Notes under the pieces: generated by a model
Told to the model about the DNA's origin: nothing
Databases searched by the model: none
Seen by the model: the letters and a program-made list of their open reading frames with translations, nothing else
Translations under genes and position numbers: made by a program
In this document: piece after piece, positions 57,112 through 64,000 of the stretch
How positions within the stretch are numbered: the first letter of the stretch is position 1
Layout: every line of letters begins with the position of its first letter
Source of the DNA: an uncultured bacterium
GTDB taxonomy: Bacteria > Sysuimicrobiota > Sysuimicrobiia > Sysuimicrobiales > Sysuimicrobiaceae
Assembly (NCBI GenBank): GCA_938028835.1
Contig: CALIMJ010000013.1
Location: 34,381 to 98,380, forward strand
Reading direction: 5' to 3'
Length of the DNA: 64,000 nt

Positions 57112-58776
57112 GTGGATCGGGTTGGGGCGCATGGGGCTCGGGACGTCCACGGGATGACGTGTGACGCGTGTGCCCGGCACGTGCAGCACGCACTGGAAGC
57201 GGTGCCCGGCGTGGCCTATGCAGAGGTTCCGGACTGGCGTGCGGGTCAGGCCAGGGTGCGGGCCGCTGGGGAGGTCACGGACGCCCTCCTGGTCGGGGCG
57301 GTACAGGAGGCCGGGTACCGGGCTGCCGTGCGGGAGCGGAAGTCGCTCGAGGAGGTGCCTCGCGCCGAAGAAGGGGAAGCGGTGGACCTCGTGGTGATCG
57401 GCGGTGGGTCCGCGGGGTTTGCGGCCGCCATCCGGGGCGCGGAGCTAGGCGCGCGGGTGGTGCTGGTGGAGCGCGGGGTGATGGGCGGGACGTGCGTGAA
57501 CGTGGGATGCGTCCCGAGCAAGGCGCTCATCCGTGCGGTGGAGGCGTACCACGAGGCGAGCACGCACCGGTTCGAGGGCATCTCCACCGCGGCGGGAAGC
57601 CTCCACTGGCACCGCGTGATGCGCCACAAGGACGAGCTGGTGGCCGAGCTGCGGCGCGAGAAGTACATGGAGGTGCTGGCGGCATACCCGGGCATCCGGT
57701 ACGTCCAGGGACAGGCGCGCCTGCGGCCGGATGGCACAGTACAGGTGGACGGCGCGGTCTTCCGCCCGCACCGGATCGTGGTGGCCACGGGCTCCCGGCC
57801 GTGGGCGCCGCCCATCCCCGGTCTGGAAGAGGCGGGCTACCTCACCAGCAACGAAGCGGTGAACCTGCGGGAGCTGCCGCGGTCCCTGGTGGTGATCGGA
57901 GCGAGCGCGGTGGGGCTGGAGCTGGCACAGGTGTACCTGCGGGCGGGGAGTCAGGTCACGGTGCTGGAAGCCCTGCCGCGGGTCGTCCCCCTGGAGGAAC
58001 CGGAGGTTGGCGAAGCCCTGCGGGGCTACCTGGAGGAGGAGGGCATGGTGGTGCGGCCCGCGGTGCGGATCACGCGCGTGGAGCGCAGCGCGGGGCGCTA
58101 CCGGGTGGCCTTCACCGAGGCGGAGCGGGAGGAGCAGGTGGTGGAAGCCGAGCAGCTCCTGGTAGCCACGGGCCGTCGGCCCAACACCGCGGGCCTGGGG
58201 CTGGAAGAAGCCGGGGTCAGCCTGGGCCTCAAGGGTGAGGTTCGGGTGAATGAGTTCGCGCAGACCACCAACCCGGCCGTCTACGCCGCGGGGGACTGCA
58301 CGGGCGACCCCATGTTTGTCTACGTGGCGGCTCACATGGGGACCGTGGCCGCGGAGAACGCGTTGAACGGGAACCACCGCACCGTGGACCTGGAGGTCCT
58401 GCCGCGGATCACCTTCACCGACCCCCAGGTGGCCAGCGCGGGCTGGACGGAGGCTCAGGCGCGGGAGCGGGGACTCGACGTGAAGACCGTGGTGGTGGCG
58501 CTCGGCCACCTCAGCCGGGCCCGCGTGGCTCGGGACGTGCGGGGGCTGATCAAGCTGGTGGCCGACCGCAACACCGACCGGCTGCTGGGGGCGTCCATCC
58601 TGGCCGCGGAGGCCGGGGAGGCGATCCAGACCGCGGTGCTGGCCATCCGGGAACGTTACACGACGCAGGAGCTGGCCGGCTTGATCTTCCCGTACCTCAC
58701 CCTGGTGGAGGGGCTGAAGCTGGCCGCCCAGGCGTTTGAGAAGGATCCCGCCCGCCTGAGCTGCTGCGCGGGCTAG
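57112..58776 (+). CDS. merA: mercuric reductase with an N-terminal HMA (NmerA) domain
   Basis: GMTCDAC HMA, FAD motif VVIGGGSAGFAAA, redox-active GGTCVNVGCVPSK, and a C-terminal Hg-binding pair ...ARLSCCAG. The start is uncertain (GTG 57112 or ATG 57154). Confidence 0.9.
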   Translation: MDRVGAHGARDVHGMTCDACARHVQHALEAVPGVAYAEVPDWRAGQARVRAAGEVTDALLVGAVQEAGYRAAVRERKSLEEVPRAEEGEAVDLVVIGGGSAGFAAAIRGAELGARVVLVERGVMGGTCVNVGCVPSKALIRAVEAYHEASTHRFEGISTAAGSLHWHRVMRHKDELVAELRREKYMEVLAAYPGIRYVQGQARLRPDGTVQVDGAVFRPHRIVVATGSRPWAPPIPGLEEAGYLTSNEAVNLRELPRSLVVIGASAVGLELAQVYLRAGSQVTVLEALPRVVPLEEPEVGEALRGYLEEEGMVVRPAVRITRVERSAGRYRVAFTEAEREEQVVEAEQLLVATGRRPNTAGLGLEEAGVSLGLKGEVRVNEFAQTTNPAVYAAGDCTGDPMFVYVAAHMGTVAAENALNGNHRTVDLEVLPRITFTDPQVASAGWTEAQARERGLDVKTVVVALGHLSRARVARDVRGLIKLVADRNTDRLLGASILAAEAGEAIQTAVLAIRERYTTQELAGLIFPYLTLVEGLKLAAQAFEKDPARLSCCAG

Positions 58777-58976
58777 GGGAGGGAGCGCCGTGGAGTGGTT
58801 CGCGGGACTCGGGGCACTCGGACTTCTCGGCTTGTGCTGCGGCGTGAAGCTCCTGGACGGGCTGCTGGCCCTACGGGGCAGATCTACGGAGGTGTCGACT
58901 AACCAGGCGGAGCGGACGGCCCGGACGTGCAGGCCTCGGAGCCGGGGACGGAAACGCCTCGCGGTCGTTCTACCCC

Positions 58977-59866
58977 GTGCTGTTGAACCCCCCGATGGAG
59001 GAGGTCCTCCGGGTTCTCGAGACGGACTGGCAGGACCCCCTGCGGTGCACCAACGTGGAACAGGCCATGCACCGCGCGGGGCAGCCCTTCTGCGATGCGG
59101 ACCGCCGGCGCGTCGCGCGGGCCATTCCGCAGGACCCGCGACTCTCGGACCTCCTGCGCTGGCACCCCTCCGCCTACTTCCTCACGAACGAGGAGCGGCG
59201 GGTGGCCCGGGCCGTCCTCCGGCTGCTGGACGAGGGGGAGCCCGTGGAGGAAGCGAGCCTCGTGGGTCGGGCGGCAGTCCTTCTGGGGGAGCCTGAGGAG
59301 TCCGTACGGGCCGCTCTGGACGCCCTGAGCTGGGTGGGGTTCCTGGAGAGAAGACAGAAGCAGGCGGTGTGCCGGAGCCCTCACAGCGCCGGGTTTCTGG
59401 AAGGTGTGAGCTTCTTCTTCCACGAGGTGGTGGCCGGCGAGGAACGGTTCAACGTGAACTGCTTTCACGACTTCGTCTGCTGACCAACCCCTCCTACCGG
59501 GCGGAGCGACTGCGCAACCTGTCGCGGCGTCCGGGTGCGCCGGGCATGACCCCGAAGATGCTGCGCTTCCTGGAAGGGATCGCGCCGCAGAACCTAGTGC
59601 GCCGCTCCTACGACCGGGGCCTGGTACGGCTGAACGACGCGTGCGCCTCCTGCGCGCGTCGGATCCGTCTGGTGGTGGAGGACGCGCGCCTGATCCCGAC
59701 GGAGCCGGCCGGCGTATGGCACGTGCGGGGCGGGGGGTGCGGGGTGAACAACCTGTTCTGCGGTCAGGCGTGTGCGGAAAACTGGGTGGCGGTCCATCCG
59801 TCGCTGCGGGGTGTTGAGCGGGGGCCGGTGCACGAGCTGTGGTCACCGGGCCTCCCCGGCACCTGA
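58977..59866 (+). pseudogene. merB: organomercurial-lyase (MerB)-like gene split by a -1 frame change at about 59478-59483
   Basis: Frame A (58977..59483): ...ARAVLRLLDEGEPVEEASLV...EESVRAALDAL...FFFHEVVAGEERFNVNCFHDFVC-stop. This parallels MerB LLRELAKGRPVSRTTLA...ERVAAVLEQA...YVFEIDDRRLYAWCALD. Frame B continues LLTNPSY...LNDACASCARRIRLVVEDARLIPTEPAGVWHV...GGGCGVNNLFCGQACAENWVAVHPSLRG, which parallels [30 protein letters not shown]...[25 protein letters not shown]. Confidence 0.6.
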
Positions 59867-59892
59867 GGCATCTCGCGGGCCGCGCGTGCTAC

Positions 59893-61323
59893 TTACTCCG
59901 CGCAGCAGCTGAGGCGGCCGGGATCCTTGAAGAAGGACAGGGCCACGATCTTCAGCGCCTCCGCCATGGTCGGGTAGACGTGGACCAGGTCGATGAAGTC
60001 GTGGACGGTGGCCCCCAGACGGATGGCCATGGCCGCCTCGTGAATCACCTCGCCCGCGTCCCGTCCCACCATGGAGACGCCGATCACGCGTCGGGTGTCC
60101 GCGTCCAGGACCATCTTGATGACCCCGCGGGTGTCCCGCACCGCGCCGGCCCGGGGCACGAGGTCCATGGGGACCGAGGAGCAGGTGCACCGGTGGCCGC
60201 GGGCGTGCGCTTCAGCTTCCGTGAGGCCCACGGTCGCGACCTGCGGGTCCGTGAAGATGGTGCGGGGGATCACGGAATGGTCGGCCCTGCGCAGCTCGCC
60301 GGAGAATGCGTTCATCGCCACGAGCACACCGTCGTGGGCCCCCACCGGGGTAGCCAGCTGAGCATCCGCGTGGTGATCGATGACGTCCCCCGCGGCCCAA
60401 ACGTTGGGTGCGGTAGTGCGGAGGTATTCGTCCACCACCACGAAGCCCCGTTCGTCGGTCCGCACCCCGGCGTGTTCGAGACCCAGGCCGTCCGTGTTGG
60501 GCACGCGACCCGTGGCCACCAGGAGCCGGTCGGCACGGTAGGTGGTGGGCTGGCCTGCCCGCTGGGCCAACACCTCCACCTGCCCGTCCACCTCCCGCAC
60601 CGAGTCCACGGCAACCCCGGTGACGATGCGGATGCCTTCGTCGGCCAGTACCCCCGTGAGGGCCTGGGAGACCTCCGGTTCGTGGCCCGCAAGGATGCGC
60701 CGGCTGCGCTGGAGGAGGGTGACCTTCACGCCGAACCGGGAGAACATCTGACCCAGCTCCAGGGCGATGTAGCCTCCGCCGAGGATGACCAGGGAGGCGG
60801 GCAGCTCGCGCAGCTCCTCGGACTCTCCGGAGGTGAGGAGGTCAGAGGTGAGGTAGGGGACGCGGTCCAGGCCCTCCACGGGCGGCACGGCCGGCCGGGA
60901 GCCCGTGGCGATGAGGTAATGCTGCCCGTGCAGCCTTCGCCCGTCCACCTCCACGGCGCCGTCCGGGGTGAACCGCGCGTGTCCCTCGTACACCCGAATC
61001 CGGTCCGAGTCCCGCACGAGGGACGCGTAGCGCTTCTCCCGGTACGCCTCCACGAGCTGGTCCTTCTGGCGGACCAGGGCGGGGAAGTCCAGCTCCATAC
61101 CCTGGGGGTGCAGGCCCGGGAAGCGCGGGTGAAGCGCGTCCCAGTACACCCGGGCTGCCTCGATGAGGTTCTTGCTGGGGAGGCACCCGCGACTGACGCA
61201 CGTGCCGCCGAGCGTTCGGGATTCGGTCATGACCACGGTCCGGCCGAGCTCCTGGGCCCGCAGGGCGGCGGCGAAAGCGGTAGACCCGGACCCCAGGATG
61301 ACGAGATCGAACGCTTCGTCCAT
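59893..61323 (-). CDS. merA: second mercuric reductase paralogue (core enzyme, no NmerA domain)
   Basis: Start at [20 protein letters not shown] (residue 212 of the track ORF, SD GGAGGT). Redox-active [13 protein letters not shown] and C-terminal ...GRLSCCAE. Convergent with merA/merB-like. Confidence 0.85.
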   Translation of the reverse strand: MDEAFDLVILGSGSTAFAAALRAQELGRTVVMTESRTLGGTCVSRGCLPSKNLIEAARVYWDALHPRFPGLHPQGMELDFPALVRQKDQLVEAYREKRYASLVRDSDRIRVYEGHARFTPDGAVEVDGRRLHGQHYLIATGSRPAVPPVEGLDRVPYLTSDLLTSGESEELRELPASLVILGGGYIALELGQMFSRFGVKVTLLQRSRRILAGHEPEVSQALTGVLADEGIRIVTGVAVDSVREVDGQVEVLAQRAGQPTTYRADRLLVATGRVPNTDGLGLEHAGVRTDERGFVVVDEYLRTTAPNVWAAGDVIDHHADAQLATPVGAHDGVLVAMNAFSGELRRADHSVIPRTIFTDPQVATVGLTEAEAHARGHRCTCSSVPMDLVPRAGAVRDTRGVIKMVLDADTRRVIGVSMVGRDAGEVIHEAAMAIRLGATVHDFIDLVHVYPTMAEALKIVALSFFKDPGRLSCCAE

Positions 61324-61642
61324 AGGGCGTACCTCCGCGAGCCGGGGCTGAGGGTTACGGATGTCCGAATTATACCGCTTGGGCTGGCGTACGGGGAGCA
61401 CGGAGCGCCGCGTTCGCGAAAGAGCTCGCCAAGTTGACGAACACCCGGCAGAGCTCGCGGAGTAATATACGGTTAGACAGATAAGAAAGCTGGCGCGGAT
61501 TGTCGTTTCCAGGTGATCCTTCGGCGCTGATGGGGAGCGGCTGGGTGGTGCGGCTGGGGGCTGCCTTCGCGGTTTTGGCGGGAGCTGCGCTGACCGCCTA
61601 CGGGGTGCAGGCGCCTCGGATGGTGTCGAGGGGGCCCCAGCG

Positions 61643-62011
61643 GTGGTCGCGCTGCCGCCTGGCCTTACCGACGTGCCGCTCGCGGAGAACGGGTCCCGCG
61701 CCGTGGCCACGAGCGTGACGTTCAATGGGCAGCAGGGGATCCCGGAGCGGGGGGTCACCGTCGTGGATGTGCACTCAGGGCAGGTACGGTGGAAGCAGAA
61801 CCTTCCGGCCGCAAGCTGCTGCGCTTTCCCCGTGTTCGCCGCCACGCCGGATGCCCGATGGATCGCGGTCGGCGGGACCCGCCGGGTGGACCTGTTCCGC
61901 GCGGACGGGGTGCGCGTCGCCAGCCTGGAACTCAATGAGTCGGGCTCTCTGAACAACGCCCTCGAGCTGTCGCGGAACGGGCGGAGGCTGGTGGCGGGTC
62001 AGGGGACTTGA
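61643..62011 (+). CDS. hypothetical protein fragment with beta-propeller-like repeats and an SCC motif
   Basis: 122 aa. ...[52 protein letters not shown]... A signal-anchor-like ORF (61500 frame, [25 protein letters not shown]) lies upstream in the -1 frame. Weak call. Confidence 0.35.
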   Translation: MVALPPGLTDVPLAENGSRAVATSVTFNGQQGIPERGVTVVDVHSGQVRWKQNLPAASCCAFPVFAATPDARWIAVGGTRRVDLFRADGVRVASLELNESGSLNNALELSRNGRRLVAGQGT

Positions 62012-62172
62012 TCCGGTGCCCCTGAGCGCGGGGGAGCTCCTTGCGGTGGCGGTGACCATTCTGTGGGGCCTGCTGTTCCTCCTGGAGTGGTGGAGCGGCT
62101 GCCTTACCGCCTGTCGGCTCCCTTGGTAGGAACGGGAAGGCGCTTACGGATGCCAGACGGGAGGGACGCCAG

Positions 62173-62760
62173 ATGGGCAACAAGGACGCTCGGCGGAAAG
62201 CGAGGGCTCTTTTCCTGTTCCTTCTCGCTGGCGGGGCCGCGACCCTGGTGGCGGCGGCCTTGTGGAACGCGGTGCAAACGCGGGAGGCCACGGCGGTGGC
62301 CCCGACCGGGGTGGAGGGAACGCGTACCGGCGATACGGCCCCCGATTTCCGACTGGTGGACGTAACGGGCCGGGGGGTCACCCGTGCCACCCTTCTGGCG
62401 GGCGGAAAGCCGGGTCTTCTGTTCTTCACCGCCACCTGGTGCCTGCCGTGCGTGGAAGGCCTTCGGGAACTCCACCGGTTCCAGCAGGAGGTGGGCTCGG
62501 AACGGTTCCGGGTGCTCATCGTGTTCGTGGATCCGCGGGAGACGGATGAGGATCTGCGGGCCTTCCGGGACCGTTACGGATTCCCCGCAAGCTGGTTTTA
62601 CGCCGCGGATCGGGACCGGATGGTGCTGAGGTACCGGGTGCGGTTCCTCGACACGAAGTTTTTACTGGACCCCCAAGGGGTGATCCGGTGGACGGATGTC
62701 TATCCGGCCACTGACCAGACCTGGCGCCGGGCTCTGGCCGTGGTGGGCGTAGGACGCTGA
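62173..62760 (+). CDS. membrane-anchored TlpA/ResA-like thioredoxin-fold protein
   Basis: 195 aa with a TM anchor. APDFRLVDVTG...LLFFTATWCLPCVEGL (WCxPC). Confidence 0.8.
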   Translation: MGNKDARRKARALFLFLLAGGAATLVAAALWNAVQTREATAVAPTGVEGTRTGDTAPDFRLVDVTGRGVTRATLLAGGKPGLLFFTATWCLPCVEGLRELHRFQQEVGSERFRVLIVFVDPRETDEDLRAFRDRYGFPASWFYAADRDRMVLRYRVRFLDTKFLLDPQGVIRWTDVYPATDQTWRRALAVVGVGR

Positions 62761-62769
62761 GGTAGCTTC

Positions 62770-63468
62770 GTGCCCTCGGGCGCCTTGGCGGGGTTCGCGT
62801 TTCTGGCAGGCGCGGCGGCGTGCCTGAACCCCTGCGGGTTTGCTTTGCTGCCCGCCTACGTGGCGTACTTCGTAGGTCGGGACGATGGGTCGGGCGGGAG
62901 CCTGCTGGCCGGCGTGCGGGCGGGCGCCGGGATGACCGCAGGCGTGCTCGGGGTGTTCGCGGGGTTGGGAGGACTCGTCTCCGCGGCGGGATACGCCCTC
63001 GTGCGGTTCGTGCCGCCCGTGGTCGCGGTCGTGGGGGTGGTGGTGGGGGGAGTAGGCGTAGCCATGCTGGTGCGTCCGTCGTTCTCCCCGGGGCTACCGG
63101 TGCAGGGTCTGTTCAATCCGGCCCGGAGCCGCACCGGGTCAGGCTTTCTGCTGTTCGGGGCGGCCTACGGAGTGGCGTCCCTGGGGTGCACGCTACCCCT
63201 GTTCCTCGTGGTGGTGACCCAGGCCCTCGCGGCCGGCGGCCTGCTGCAGGGGCTGGTGGTGTTCGCCGCGTACGGGCTGGGCATGGGCGCGGTCCTGCTC
63301 GCGGTCTCTGTGGCCTTGGCGGCGGGCAAGAGCGCGGTCCTGCGGTGGGCGCGCCGGTGGATTCCGCACCTGCGGACGGCAGGGGCCCTGGGCATGGTGG
63401 CCGCGGGAGGGCACCTGGTGTACGTCCAGATCCGACTGGGCGGGCTCGCGATGGTGGGGGTACGGTAG
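62770..63468 (+). CDS. ccdA: cytochrome c biogenesis protein CcdA / DsbD-type thiol-disulfide transporter
   Basis: 232 aa with 6 TM. CLNPCGFALLPAYVAYF, with a second Cys in SLGCTLPLFL. Confidence 0.9.
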   Translation: MPSGALAGFAFLAGAAACLNPCGFALLPAYVAYFVGRDDGSGGSLLAGVRAGAGMTAGVLGVFAGLGGLVSAAGYALVRFVPPVVAVVGVVVGGVGVAMLVRPSFSPGLPVQGLFNPARSRTGSGFLLFGAAYGVASLGCTLPLFLVVVTQALAAGGLLQGLVVFAAYGLGMGAVLLAVSVALAAGKSAVLRWARRWIPHLRTAGALGMVAAGGHLVYVQIRLGGLAMVGVR

Positions 63469-63479
63469 GGGTAGGGCCC

Positions 63480-63968
63480 TCAGGGCTCCTTCGGGAGTCG
63501 GAGCAGGTAGGCTTCCAGGCGCCGGGCGCCCTCGGGCCCCACGAAAGGCCCCGCGTGCACGTCGCGGATAACGCCGGACGGAGTCACGAACACCGTGGTG
63601 GGCAGACCCACCACCCGGTACGCGCGAAGGAGGCTCCCGTCGTCGTCCACCACAGACGGAAACGGTAAACCGTACTGTTCGGCGAAGCGACGGGCGTCCT
63701 GAATGTCGTCCAGGACGTTGACTCCCAGGAAGTGCACCCGGCCCGGGAAACGGCGGGCGGCCTCCGCGAGGGTGGGTGCTTCTGCCCGGCACGGTACGCA
63801 CCAGGAAGCCCAGAAGTTTATCACCACCGGCTTGCCCAGTAGCTCCGACAGGGAGAGTTCCCGACCGTCCAGGGTCTCTCGAACGAAGCCGGGCGCGGGG
63901 CGACCCGTCGGGACGTCTGGGCGCAGGGTTCGCTGGGGGGCGGAGAGCACCTGCGGCCTGGCGGGCAC
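63480..63968 (-). CDS. TlpA/ResA-like thiol-disulfide oxidoreductase (N-terminus may extend past the window end)
   Basis: APGFVRETLDGRELSLSELLGKPVVINFWASWCVPCRAEAP. The frame stays open upstream of GTG 63968 to position 64000, and no TM anchor is seen yet. Confidence 0.8.
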   Translation of the reverse strand: MPARPQVLSAPQRTLRPDVPTGRPAPGFVRETLDGRELSLSELLGKPVVINFWASWCVPCRAEAPTLAEAARRFPGRVHFLGVNVLDDIQDARRFAEQYGLPFPSVVDDDGSLLRAYRVVGLPTTVFVTPSGVIRDVHAGPFVGPEGARRLEAYLLRLPKEP

Positions 63969-64000
63969 CTGCGCTCGCCGGAGGATCCACCCCGTGGCGA

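Noticed and set aside
57101-57157. MEIGWIGLGRMG read as a remnant of a 6-phosphogluconate/3-hydroxyisobutyrate-dehydrogenase-type Rossmann N-terminus
   Set aside because: Only 12 residues of Gly-rich similarity are followed by a stop, and no further dehydrogenase-like sequence appears in any frame. This is too little information, so it is kept only as a uORF observation.

Overview
A very GC-rich (about 70% by eye) bacterial chromosomal window, densely coded on both strands. No rRNA, tRNA, CRISPR array, transposase or integrase was recognised. The Bacillus-like gene order rho / DUF1385-prfA-prmC-tsaC-rpiB-glyA-upp-comEB, together with an SLH-domain wall protein, suggests a high-GC Firmicutes-like thermophile; this is inference only.

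**Positions 1-37.5 kb: housekeeping and central metabolism.**
- A compatible-solute and glycogen string: USP-fused gpgS, a GH63-like hydrolase, mscS and glgC.
- PGI/PMI, an orphan sugar ABC ATPase, ROK glucokinase, and accDABC followed by a 2-oxoacid dehydrogenase E1a/E1b/E2 set.
- HtrA, glpX, argS, transaldolase, rho, a LysM-M23 peptidase, the prfA-to-comEB block, and a PhoPR-like two-component pair.

**Positions 37.5-64 kb: accessory-looking region.**
- Two adjacent minus-strand operons: cation/H+ antiporter-USP-two tandem MutS-like ATPases, and RHH-RHH-CPxC protein-MFS.
- By my reading, each operon is headed by a homologous promoter plus a three-hairpin leader ending in an intrinsic-terminator-like hairpin. 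This is the most novel signal I see.
- A CueR-type operator in front of a frame-disrupted copZ-like gene.
- An Lnt-CPBP fusion.
- A copper module: a sensor kinase with a truncated response regulator, a repeated bipartite motif, and two cupredoxins.
- A csoR-copA-orf-copZ operon.
- A mercury locus: ArsR-type regulator, two merA paralogues and a frame-disrupted merB-like gene.
- A TlpA/CcdA/ResA thiol-disulfide module.

Several accessory genes carry single-base frame disruptions, three of four at short homopolymer or dinucleotide runs; these could be real decay or assembly error.

All calls come from reading the translations and the DNA by eye. No searches or folding computations were run. Many long ORFs in the supplied track are antisense or alternative-frame shadows typical of high GC content.
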